Source: Saprolegnia diclina VS20
Taxonomy: Eukaryota
Direction: 5' to 3'
Assembly (NCBI RefSeq): GCF_000281045.1
Contig: NW_008246071.1
Span: 865,172 to 929,171 of the forward strand
DNA length: 64,000 bases
The position numbers and the translations under genes were made by a program. Under the pieces are notes generated by a model. The model made no database searches, was not told the DNA's origin, and worked only from the letters and a program-made list of their open reading frames with translations. This document shows positions 45,263-56,249 of the stretch, piece after piece (position 1 is the stretch's first letter; the number at the start of each line of letters is the position of its first letter).

Positions 45263-46522
45263 TTACGCAAGGAGGTGGTCCTTGTCGGTGGGCGACTTTT
45301 GGATCGACGCACCATCGTCATCGCTTGTCACGGACGTCTCGACGATCGTGCACGAGAAGAGGTAGAGCCCAACCAACGCGAGCGGCACACCGCAATCGGT
45401 GACTGTCCACATGAAGCTCGCGCCGTACGTGTTGTAGAGATACCCGCCGACCAGCGTGCCGACGCCACGGCCCAGTCCGTTCTGGACCGCACTCAAGACG
45501 CCCATCATGGTACCTTTGGTGCCCGGTGGGGCCGCCGCGTAAATGTACTTGGTACACGCAGCCCACGCGAGGCCAAAGGTGCAGCCGTGAAGAAACTCAA
45601 ACGGCAGTGCATACCACGCGTTCGTCATAAGCGCATAGCACGTGAGCCGCGCGCCATAAGCCAGAATTGAGATCGCGAGCACCTTGACCGTCCCGAGCTT
45701 GGCGATGATGGCGTCGGCAAAGTAGAAGGCCGGGAGCTCCGAGAAGGTTTCGCAAAAGATCGCAATGCCGACGATCTGCGCCGACCCGCCACTGAGCTCA
45801 TACAAATTGAGCGTGAGGAACGCCGACATGGTGCCGCACATGAGCCCGAGGAGGAAGACAACAAAGAGCAGTCCGAGCACGTCCTTGCGCTTCATGAGGG
45901 TGCGCATCCCGACGGCAAACAAAGGGGACGCTGGCGACGACGGCGACGCAATCGTGTCATTGGCGTCGGACGGCGGGATCAGCTGCAGCACGAGCAGCGT
46001 GGGCACCAAGAAGATCAAGTTGAGGTGGAACGCCCAGGCAATGCCATAGTGCGCGACGATGACGCCTGCGCCATACGCGCCAAGACCGTAGCCCACCGCG
46101 CCATAGAGTCGCTGCTTGCCGTACTCGGCGCCGAGACGCTCCGTGAGCGCTAGCACCACTTGGTCGGTAAGCGACGCTGCGGGGTTGCCTTGAAAGTTGC
46201 CGAGGAAGACGAGCACACACGTCCAGAGAAAACTCGACGAGGCGAATTGGATCGCGTACATGAGCAACGTGCCAGAGACCAAGCACGTAATGTGGATGAG
46301 GCGCTGCTTGCGGAGGACGTCCGAGATGGCGCCCCAGAGCGGCGGCGCGAGGATCGAGCAGACGGCCGGGATCGTCTGGAGCATGCCGATCTGGAACTTG
46401 TCAAAGGACGCGGCGAAGAAGACCGTGAGGAAGTTGATGAGCGCGCTGCCGCCAATGTTGCTCACCGTGTAGACGGCCTTGGCCGGCAGCAGCTCGGCCC
46501 AGTGCTCGGTCTCGGCGCCCAT
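45263..46522 (-). CDS. MFSD6-like MFS transporter paralogue 3 (419 aa)
   Basis: Start at MGAETEH; same motif set as paralogues 1 and 2. Confidence 0.9.
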   Translation of the reverse strand: MGAETEHWAELLPAKAVYTVSNIGGSALINFLTVFFAASFDKFQIGMLQTIPAVCSILAPPLWGAISDVLRKQRLIHITCLVSGTLLMYAIQFASSSFLWTCVLVFLGNFQGNPAASLTDQVVLALTERLGAEYGKQRLYGAVGYGLGAYGAGVIVAHYGIAWAFHLNLIFLVPTLLVLQLIPPSDANDTIASPSSPASPLFAVGMRTLMKRKDVLGLLFVVFLLGLMCGTMSAFLTLNLYELSGGSAQIVGIAIFCETFSELPAFYFADAIIAKLGTVKVLAISILAYGARLTCYALMTNAWYALPFEFLHGCTFGLAWAACTKYIYAAAPPGTKGTMMGVLSAVQNGLGRGVGTLVGGYLYNTYGASFMWTVTDCGVPLALVGLYLFSCTIVETSVTSDDDGASIQKSPTDKDHLLA

Positions 46523-47050
46523 CAGAATGGGAATGCGCAACTGTCCATTTCCGTGTCAGAACGGCCGTTCGCGCGTTCTGATTGGCTCAAATGCGGTGCT
46601 TCAAGTTGGTCAGTGCTGGAAGCACGGCCGCGGCTCGATCGTCACAAGCGACCGCAGCCACAGGATTGGGATCATGGAACGTTGGATCGGTGACGCAGGT
46701 GGACAAAAATCGAAGGCCACGTATCTGGGCGTTCGAATCAAAGTGGCGAGAAGGACCTTCCTCCGCACACCGTTAATAGAGACGGCCTGGACACCCAATG
46801 CCAACGAGGGCGAGAAGAGTTGGACTATGATAGCACGTCCCCTTCGTTCTGTTACTGCAATGATTTCATTCCTCGTGTTTTGTATCCACCAGCCTGAATT
46901 GGATGCCTCCTTGATCGGAATCTTCATAACATTAGCCTAATGACATTAATCGAGCGATTTTGCAAATCAAAACAATCACTTGAACTACACTGTAGTGCTT
47001 TCTATTGCAAAATACGAAGGCGCGAGAGCAGTAGCGTATCGTCCCAGTTA

Positions 47051-48253
47051 CTAGTCCTTGCCACTGCGCTCGATAAGCGGGCTCGTTTCGCTGATCCTCT
47101 TTCTCGTCGAGGTCGTTTGGGAAAATAGCCACAGCGCAAGAAAGCCCGCCGGAACGCCGGTGCTCGTGACGCCCCACAAATAGCGCGCACCGTACGCGTT
47201 GTAGACATGTCCGCCCACCAAGGTCGCGAGGCCGCGCCCGACGCCGCCTTGCACAGCGCTAAGAAGCCCCAGAACAAAACCTTCCGCGCCAGCGGGTGCT
47301 GCGGCGTACACGTATTTGGTGCATGCAGCCCATGCGAGACCGTACGTGCAGCCGTGAAGAAGCTCGAACGGTAGCGCATACCACGCGTTCGTCATGAATG
47401 CATAGCACGTGAGGCGTACGCCGTACGCAAGAAGCGCCAATGCCAACACGGTGACGGTTCCGAGACGTAAAATGAGTGTGTCGGCACAGTAAAAGGCGGG
47501 GAGCTCCGAGAGAGTTTCGCAGACGACTGCGAGGCCGACAATCTGCGCCGACCCGCCGCTAAGTTCAAAGAGGTTGAGCGTAAGGAACGCTGAAATGACT
47601 CCACCCATGGCACCCGTGACAGCAGCGAAGCTCAGAAGCGCCATGAGATCGTAGCGGTGCCAAAGCGCACGCACGCCCACGGCGAACGAACCCGACGACG
47701 ACCCCCGCGGTGGCGGTGACGGCAGCATGAAGAGCAACACAAGCCCAGGAACGCAGCAGCCGAGACTGATGGTAAAGGCCCAGCCGATACCGTAGTTGGC
47801 GACAACGAGGCCTGTGGCGTAGGCACCGAGGCCGTAGCCGATGGAGCCGTACAGTCGCTGCTTGCCGTACTCGGCCCCGAGCTGCGTCACAAGTGCCAAC
47901 ACCGCTTGGTCCAAGAGTGTCTACGCGGGCTTGGACTGAAACTGGGCAAAAAAGAAGACCAGGCATGTCCAAACAAAGCTGTCCGAGACGTTCTGCATGC
48001 CAAACATGAGAAGGGAGCCGGAGATATAGCAGACGACGTGGACGAGCCGGGGGCGCTGCAGCGCGTCCGAAATGGCGCCCCACAGTGGCGGTGCGAGCAT
48101 CGAGCAAAGGCAAGGCAGCGTCTGGAGAATGCCGATTTGAAATTTGTCAAAATAGGCGCTGAAATACACGGGCAGGAAGATGAGGATCGCACCAAAGCCA
48201 AAGTTGAAGGTCGCGTACGCGGCCTTGGCGAACCACAGCGCGTCGAGGTGCAT
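47051..48253 (-). pseudogene. MFSD6-like MFS paralogue 4, interrupted by one in-frame TAG (47921-47923)
   Basis: MHLDALWFAKAAY...FQSKPA*TLLDQAVL...; both ORF-track pieces are in the same frame and together align full length with the paralogues. Confidence 0.75.
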
Positions 48254-48862
48254 CACCGCAGCCAAATAGTTCTTATTTGCTCTCGATTCGCGCGCACAAG
48301 GGAACGATCGGGTAATATTCGATACTGAGAGCGATCCCTTTCGAAGATTTAGGACAAAATCCGTGGAAGTTTCCTTCCGGTCAGGCATTTGGTCGAAGCC
48401 AAAGCTATTGGCGGAAAAGAGGCGTCTGTAGCGTTGATTCGCTGCCTTTTAGCCAATCCAAGATGAGAGATGTTCGCGCCATATTGGATCATTTAATATC
48501 GAGGATTCATCACGGTCCCTTGGATTCACCAGCATGCAGAGCTACCCAGCAAATCAAGTCGCTGCGAGGTCAGGGGAGAATTGAGCCCGCGCCAAAAGCG
48601 AGGGTGGTAACGTTAGCAGAATGGCTAATGCGAGCAATGTCCACGACAAAGCCCGTTTGGCACCCGTGAATTCTGGCAGCAATAATTGATTGTCGTGATC
48701 CCTGGATTATCACACCAAGCTCAGGTCCGAATGGCGTGGCACAAGGCGTGGCACTCTCTGACGATTGCAATGACCACAAACAAAAATGTGAAATGCGTAT
48801 AAACGATGGAGCACGACAAAGGCAGTCGTGCCCCTTCATCATCGCGAGTTAGTGATCAAGCA

Positions 48863-49194
48863 NNNNNNNNNNNNNNNNNNNNNNNNNNNNNNNNNNNNNN
48901 NNNNNNNNNNNNNNNNNNNNNNNNNNNNNNNNNNNNNNNNNNNNNNNNNNNNNNNNNNNNNNNNNNNNNNNNNNNNNNNNNNNNNNNNNNNNNNNNNNNN
49001 NNNNNNNNNNNNNNNNNNNNNNNNNNNNNNNNNNNNNNNNNNNNNNNNNNNNNNNNNNNNNNNNNNNNNNNNNNNNNNNNNNNNNNNNNNNNNNNNNNNN
49101 NNNNNNNNNNNNNNNNNNNNNNNNNNNNNNNNNNNNNNNNNNNNNNNNNNNNNNNNNNNNNNNNNNNNNNNNNNNNNNNNNNNNNNNNNNNNNN
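48863..49194. other. Assembly gap (332 N)
   Basis: Run of N. Confidence 0.99.
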
Positions 49195-49525
49195 CCCGCC
49201 ACGAGCCGTGTGCAGTGTCCACAACCACTGCCATAGCGTTAGCGTCTCTCGCATTCTTTTGCGTGCTTGCACAGTCGTCGCTCGACAATTTGCCACTCTT
49301 CGCTCGACCTGGCCTGTCGGAGATCGGTACATCTTCTTGGAAACGCAAAAGATGTAACTTCGTCACTTCCAGCATCGCCACCATCGATGGACAAGCGCGC
49401 TGCGCGCGATAGCTCCCGTGTGTACTGTAATACGTCTGGGTGCGCGCCACCTGCGACGAGTGCACAGATGCAGCCGCAACGGCAACTCGTGAGCGGATGA
49501 TCGCACGTAATAATATTCTCTCGCG

Positions 49526-49541
49526 TCATTCTCGCTTTTGC
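49526..49541 (+). promoter_or_regulatory. INR+FPR core promoter element of the ENT gene
   Basis: TCATTCT-CG-CTTTTGC, an exact match to INR+FPR, 12 nt before ATG 49554. Confidence 0.7.
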
Positions 49542-49553
49542 CACTCGAAGGCT

Positions 49554-50921
49554 ATGCTGTTGCTGGACACGCCAATCATGGGGCAGAAGACTGCCAAGCT
49601 CATCATCTACGAGAGCGACGTCGACGACGACGAGATTCCGTTGCATGTGCTTGACGACATTCAAGCCAACCGCCGGTTTATCTGGTGGGCGCTGCTCTTC
49701 CTCAACGGGTCGTGCCTCTGGGCCTACTTCTCCTGCCTCTCGGCGCAGTCGTACTACTTTTCGCGCTTTGCCAATGCGACGACGGTCCAGTTTGAGTACC
49801 TGACGACGCCTGTCACGACGTGGCCGATGCTGCTCGCCCAGCTCGTCCAGGTCGTCTTTGGTCTTGACAAGAAGCTCGGCATGTGGAACCGCGTCCGCAT
49901 CGGCTTTTCACTCTACGCACTCTGCGCCATTGCTATCCTCCTTCAAGACATCCTCAACGCATCGCCCGAGACGGGCGCGACGATCGTGCTTGTTGCGTTT
50001 GGCGTCGTCGGCTTGACCAACTCGCTCACGGAGGCCGCGTTTTTTGCGCTCTCGGCGCTTTTTCCCGAAGCTGCGTTTACAAATGCGATTCAATTGGGCA
50101 ACGGCACGTCCGGCATCATCAACATCTCGCTGCACACGCTGCTGCAGCTCCTTGTCGGCGGCGCGACCCATGCCAAGGACGACTCGGTGCACGTCCAGAA
50201 GGTCTCGTTCTACATCTTCTTTGGCATCTTTATTGCCGTGTGCGTCTTGGCCGTCATTGTCTTTCACAAGCTCCTCCGCATCCCGAGCGTCCACTACCTC
50301 GTCGAACGAAATGAAATGGAGACGACGAAGCGGTACGTGAACCGCGAAACACTCGTCGACATGTGGGCGCGCCTCGGCCGTATCGCCCGCGCCATTCTGC
50401 TGCCGCTGGCCAGCCAGTTTCTTATCTACGTGTGCTCACTCGCGGCCTTTCCAGGTCTTGGTATCGCGTCGGCGTCCCAGCTCGCCAGCGATCCGTCCGT
50501 GACCGCGTGGTACGTCGACGGCGTCCTCCTCTGCTACAACTATGGTGACTTCTTCGGCCGCGCCTTGTCGCCAAAGTTGTACCCATACTTTTCGCTCCAG
50601 TCGTGCTTTACATGGACGGTTGCGCGGTTCGTGCTGCTTGTAGCTGTGCTTGTGGGGCTTCCAGGCAACGGCGCCAACCCGCTTTTCATCATGGCCGACG
50701 CCCACACGCTCAATCTCCTTTGGCTGCTCGCGATCAACTTTGTGCTGGGTCTCTCGACGGGCGTGCTCAGTACAATCACGTTTGGTCTTGGACCCCGACT
50801 TGTGCCGCAAGAAGACCGCGAGTCGGCCAGCGCCATCATGTGTCTCGGGCTCTTCCTTGGTATCACCACAGGGTCCACGCTAGGCTGGCAATTTGGGCGT
50901 AACCATTGGCTCGGTGCTTAA
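49554..50921 (+). CDS. Equilibrative nucleoside transporter (ENT/SLC29 family), ~455 aa
   Basis: About 11 TM segments; NGSCLWAYFSCLSAQSYY (TM1), NAIQLGNGTSG, AAFPG, YNYGDFFGR, GLSTG, GPRLV..EDRE.A, LFLGITTGS are typical ENT motifs. Confidence 0.88.
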   Translation: MLLLDTPIMGQKTAKLIIYESDVDDDEIPLHVLDDIQANRRFIWWALLFLNGSCLWAYFSCLSAQSYYFSRFANATTVQFEYLTTPVTTWPMLLAQLVQVVFGLDKKLGMWNRVRIGFSLYALCAIAILLQDILNASPETGATIVLVAFGVVGLTNSLTEAAFFALSALFPEAAFTNAIQLGNGTSGIINISLHTLLQLLVGGATHAKDDSVHVQKVSFYIFFGIFIAVCVLAVIVFHKLLRIPSVHYLVERNEMETTKRYVNRETLVDMWARLGRIARAILLPLASQFLIYVCSLAAFPGLGIASASQLASDPSVTAWYVDGVLLCYNYGDFFGRALSPKLYPYFSLQSCFTWTVARFVLLVAVLVGLPGNGANPLFIMADAHTLNLLWLLAINFVLGLSTGVLSTITFGLGPRLVPQEDRESASAIMCLGLFLGITTGSTLGWQFGRNHWLGA

Positions 50922-51521
50922 TGGACTAACTAAACGTATGAATGACCCTCTCGCGAACAGTAAGTGCGTTGAAAGTATATACACATATCCGAAATCAATA
51001 CACGATCAATGCCTATTTGACTATCACGATCGAGCGCAAGCAACTGCGCGCTCGTGTCAGCGCCGTAAAGAAGCAAATGCACGGTGGTGTATGAATCGCA
51101 AATGCCATGTACATTTGAACCGATCACCAAAGCATTTGCCAATCATCATCAGCATCGCAGCGAACATTTTTCAGGAACATTCCCTAGCCCTATTCGCTCG
51201 TCACCGTTTACGTGGCTCTCGGCGCTTCAAACCTCAATGCCACCCAGAAACGACCACTGGACACGACAAAGCCACGCAAGTCGCTGCATTTCGAGCCTTG
51301 CTGACGAGACGACATCGCTGGTTCTATTAGGGCGATGTACAAGAGTAGGATCGCTTGCTAACCACTGGATACTCTTTGAATCCAGCACTTGATTTTTCTG
51401 AGCAAGGACATCCCCGGACCAGATTCGAGAAGGTACAATGCAAAGTGAAAAGAAAGGTATGTTTATGGTGTCGTCTTACGACGAAGGATACTACTAGCTA
51501 CTGTCAACATGTTCAGTTGGT

Positions 51522-52769
51522 TTACGCGATGAGGTGCGTCTTCTCGTTGTTCGTGAGCTCGTCTTCGGTCGCCGGCTTCTCCATCGTGCACGAGAAGACA
51601 TACAGGCCAACGAGCGCAACCGGCACACCGAGGTCCGTCACCTTCCACATGAAGCTCGCGCCGTACGTGTTGTAGAGGTAGCCACCGACCATGGTACCGA
51701 CGCCACGGCCGAGGCCGTTCTGCACCGCGTTGAGGATGCCCATCATCATGCCTTCCGTGCCGCGGGGCGCCGACGCATAAATGTACTTGGTGCACGCGGC
51801 CCACGCGAGGCTAAAGGTGCAGCCGTGGAGGAACTCGAACGGGAGCACATACCACGCGTTCGTCATGAACGCATAGCACGTGAGGCGCGCGCCGTACGAC
51901 AAGATCGAGATCGCCATCGCGTTGACGGTGCCGACCTTCTCGATGATGCGGTCGGCAAAGTAAAAGGCCGGGAGCTCCGAGATGGTCTCGCACCAAATGG
52001 CAATGCCGACAATCTGCGCCGAGTGGCCGCTGAGCTCATACAAGTTGAGCGTGAGGAACGACGAAAGGACACCAAACATGAGGCCGGCGAGGAAGACGAC
52101 AAAGAGAAGCACGAGCACGTCCTTCTTCTTGCAGAGCGCGTGGAGGCCGGTCTTGAAGCTCGGCGTCGGCATCGACGAGCCCGACGGCGTCGTCGTCGCG
52201 TGCGTCGGCACGAGCGTGTCGATAGACGGGATCATTTGCAGCGCAAAGATGGTCGGGATGCAGAAAATGAGGTGGATGTTGAACGCCCACGTGATGCCGT
52301 ACTGCGAGACAATGACGCCCGTGATGTACGCGCCAAGACCATAGCCGACAGCACCAAAGAGACGCTGCTTGCCGTACTCGGCGCCGAGGCGCTCCGTGAG
52401 CGCGAGCACCGCCTGGTCGAGGAGCGACGACGTCGGGCCCGACTGGAAGTTGGCGAGGAAGACCACAAAACACGCGAGGTAGAAGCTCGAGGCCGTAAAC
52501 TGGATCGAGAACATGAGGAGCGAGCCCGTGAGGATGCAGAGGATGTGGATGAGGCGCTGCTTGCGGAGGACGTCCGCGATCGCACCCCAGAGCGGCGGCG
52601 CAATGAGGTTGCAGATGCACGGGATCGTCTGCAGAATACCGATCTGGAACTTGTCAAAGTACGCGCTGAAGAAGACCGTGAGAAAGTTGCCGACGGCGCT
52701 AAGACCAAAGTAGTTGATCGTGTACACGGCCTTGGCCGGCAGCATGCTTGTGCAGTCAAGGTCGGCCAT
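51522..52769 (-). CDS. MFSD6-like MFS transporter paralogue 5 (415 aa)
   Basis: Start at MADLDC, downstream of INR+FPR-like TCACTTTGCTTTTTGC (52784-52799); YGKQRLFGAVGYG, ELPAFY, EFLHG. Confidence 0.9.
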   Translation of the reverse strand: MADLDCTSMLPAKAVYTINYFGLSAVGNFLTVFFSAYFDKFQIGILQTIPCICNLIAPPLWGAIADVLRKQRLIHILCILTGSLLMFSIQFTASSFYLACFVVFLANFQSGPTSSLLDQAVLALTERLGAEYGKQRLFGAVGYGLGAYITGVIVSQYGITWAFNIHLIFCIPTIFALQMIPSIDTLVPTHATTTPSGSSMPTPSFKTGLHALCKKKDVLVLLFVVFLAGLMFGVLSSFLTLNLYELSGHSAQIVGIAIWCETISELPAFYFADRIIEKVGTVNAMAISILSYGARLTCYAFMTNAWYVLPFEFLHGCTFSLAWAACTKYIYASAPRGTEGMMMGILNAVQNGLGRGVGTMVGGYLYNTYGASFMWKVTDLGVPVALVGLYVFSCTMEKPATEDELTNNEKTHLIA

Positions 52770-53672
52770 GGAAGCACTGGAGCGCAAAAAGCAAAGTGAG
52801 CGCCTTCGTTGCCGACGAAAATCAACTTGAAGTTGCGTTTGGCCCAGGTGCACGTGGGTTTCTCCCAACCCAGCTGCACCCTCGCACCTTGCGGGTGCCG
52901 TAATTCAAGGTGTCACTTGGCTTTGTATGCCGATGCGCCTAGGTGCGCCCGTGGCCGTGAAATCCAGTGAAATCAAGTGGCCTGCGACGTCGACCATTCA
53001 TTCCGTTCTTCAACTTACAAGCCGGACCGTGTCATTTCTATAGGCACCCAAGTGCGTGCAAACGCGCAGCGCTCGGCAATTGCACCTGCTCCGTTCTGCG
53101 CAGCAGACCACGGGTATGTGCTGATGACGACAACAAGGCGCCGTGACGGTGCACCCACCCGACAATGGCACCAGCGTCGTCTTCACTGAATTGACGAAGA
53201 CATTACTTACCCTCCATCAGCAAGCGTTGGTCACCCAACCAGAGGCCGGCCATGGGTATATCCCGACGCCTTTCTTTCCCCCTGTCGCGGCCTGTATCAG
53301 CGAGTATCAGCGGACCCCGGGGCGCTCGCCTGCAGTATCCGGATACGGTTGAACGGGTGAAAGCCAGGGTGTGGCATGTGCCATGTGCAATCGCTTCAGT
53401 TCGGCAAACTGGTGGCGGATTCGGCATGGTACGATGTCGCAATCATCCTTCAACGTCGCTGGCGCCGTGGGTCGTCGTTGCGCCGCCACAGTCGGTCACA
53501 CGGCTCGGAGACCACAGGAATAGCATGGTAATATCCTTGCTTTCTGCAATCTTGGCCCTCGTGTGGCCCGCAGCTCTGTTTACGTTGACCACACACAGGT
53601 CCTTGTTCAATGTGGCATATGCCGAAAACAACAGGACAGCATGAACACCAGCAAATCTTTCGCGTGCCAGCC

Positions 53673-55509
53673 ATGTTGCGCCGACCGATCGTGGGCCGCC
53701 TCGCCGGCCAAGTGCAGTCGCGCGCCAAGGTGACCAAGGCGCCGGACCTCCAGGAGAAGGTCGTGAACCTCTGCCGCCACCGCGGCTTTGTGTATCCCGG
53801 CTCGGACATTTATGGCGGCCTCGCCAACAGCTTTGACTATGGCCCGCTCGGCGTCCAGATGAAGAAGAACATCCAGGACGCGTGGTGGCGCCACTTTGTG
53901 CAGTCGCGCACGGACTGCGTCGGCCTCGACTCGTCTGTGATCTTGAGCTCGCGCGTCTGGGAGGCGTCGGGGCACATTGGCAACTTTACCGACCCCATGA
54001 CAGTCTGCAAGGAGTGCAACAGCCGCGTGCGCGCCGACAAGCTCATCGAGAACGCGTCCGACGTCACAGGCATTGAAGAAGCCGGCGGCCTCTCGTGCGA
54101 AGCGATCGACGAGGTCATTGCGACGCACAAGCTGAGCTGCCCGTCGTGCGGCAGCTCGTCGCTGCAGAAGACGCGGCTCTTCAACCTCCTCTTCCGCACC
54201 AACATGGGCTCGACCGACGAGACGAGGTACATGGTCCTTCCTATCTGAAGCATGACCTCAGGTTCTATGCGTAGCGAGTGGGTCTACCTTCGCCCCGAGA
54301 CGGCGCAAGGCGCGTACATCAACTTCCAGCACGTTGTCTCGACCATGCGCCGGCGCCTCCCATTTGGCGTTGGCCAAATGGGCAAGTCGTTCCGCAACGA
54401 GATCTCGCCCGGCCACTTTCTCTTCCGGACGCGCGAGTTTGAGCAGCTCGAATTGCAGTACTTTTGTCCCCCGGACGAGTCGGACAACTGGTATGGTCGT
54501 TGTGGCAACGACTTGGATCCTCACTCGAAGTCTGCAGGTTCAACTACTGGGTGGACGAGTGCTACAACTGGCTCATCAAGCACGGCGTGAAGGAAGCCAA
54601 CCTCAAGAAGCGCGTCCACGACCAAGCCGTAGGCGTGCATTGGATCAGCAGGATCGTTGAGGCCTGCGGTAGGAACTTGCTCATTACGCGCGTGCGACGA
54701 CCGACATTGAGTTTTTGTACCCGTTTGGCTGGAGCGAGCTCTGGGGCAGTACGTGGCACAATTTGCGAGCAGAACACCAGTCGACTATCATGTTGTAGTT
54801 GCCAACCGCACCGACTATGACTTGCGCAAGCACATGGAAGCGTCCAAGAAGGACTTGAGCTACCAAGACCCGACGACGAAGGAGGTAGTTACGACCACTG
54901 GCGTGGCTTGCTCACAGAGACGCTACGTAGGTGTGCATGCCGCATGTGGTTGAGCCGGCCTTGGGCACGGGCCGCGTCTTGCTCGCCATGCTCCTAGATG
55001 CATACGACGAGGAAGAAGTCGCTGGCCGGTGCGTCATCGGTGTCGTCGGTAGACAGTGCAAATGAATGTGGGCGTGTAGGAAGCGCACAGTCCTGCGGCT
55101 GCACCCGGACATTGCTCCGTACAAGGTACAGGGTCCATCAACGCCCGCACTGCTCATATGCGACCGCTTTAGTTTGCCGTCTTGCCGCTGCAGAGCAAGG
55201 GCGAGCTCGTCGATGTCGCGCGCAACTTTTACCGCGACCTCACGGTGCAAGCGAGCTGCGACTTTGACGTCACGGGCTCGATCGGTGCGACGACGTAGAC
55301 GACAAGCATCGTTCATCTCACTTGTTTCGTACGTGCTAGGCCGCCGGTACCGCCGCCAAGACGAAGTCGGCACGCCGTACTGCGTCACGGTGGATTTCGA
55401 GACGCTTGCGGACCAGTCCGTGACGGTGCGCGACCGCGACAGCATGGCGCAAACCCGCGTCCCGATCGCGGACCTCCTTCGCGGCAACTGGCAGCCCACC
55501 TTTGCGTAG
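53673..55509 (+). CDS. glyQS: Glycyl-tRNA synthetase, alpha2 (GlyQS) type, probably mitochondrial; 9 exons (53673-54226, 54275-54490, 54538-54628, 54673-54748, 54799-54884, 54931-55028, 55080-55125, 55173-55284, 55340-55509; 482 aa)
   Basis: [95 protein letters not shown]. Eight GT-AG introns of 44-55 nt keep the frame; Arg-rich, acid-free N-terminus. Confidence 0.93.
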
Positions 55510-56249
55510 AGACTCTAGAGACGACGCTTGATAGAGGACGTCATAATGCCATATCGCGTTACCAGAACGTTCCGCACTGTGATGTCCATCAAGAAGAGAC
55601 GAGGTCGCAGTTGCAGCCGCCATCACGACCTCCTCGTCATCCTCGTCACCCTCCGACTCCGCATGATACACACACCATATCCGTTGACACGCATGACACG
55701 TGAATAGTGTGATATCTGAGTACTGTGACAGTGAGACCCTTGGCACGCCGCAAGCACGGTAGGTACGATGACTACGTCGTCGTCATCCCAAACGCGTGCC
55801 GACGCGGCAGTGATGGGCACTTTCAGTATACCAGTACACGACGAGTAGCTTGTCGGCCACGATAAAAATGCGAGCGACGCGACGGCTGCGTACACTATTT
55901 GCCTTCGCGTGTCGCAACGTTGAAGTCAGTTTTGACCACTTATCAAATGGCTGCAACGCCACGCATGTATTTAAATACGCGGTTGTGCGTCGCGAGTGAT
56001 AGGTCCATACAAAGACACTGTGCCGGCTTTATGCTCGCATTAAAATATAAAATACTTAAAAACGTTTAAATTAAAATACACCACTTCCTTTGAAAGCACT
56101 TGATAAAAACAGCAGTTCATTGATCCAAGGCGTTTGGCGTGTGGTTTTATTCGTTTGCACTTGGTGTTTGTATGGCAAGTGATTAAAACGTGTAAAAAAC
56201 GCACGTCCCTTTTTAGGCGCAGCTCCCCGGCGTCTCAGTCGTGAAGAGG

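Noticed and set aside
48806..49465. ORFs crossing the second N run
   Set aside because: Artefacts of unknown bases.
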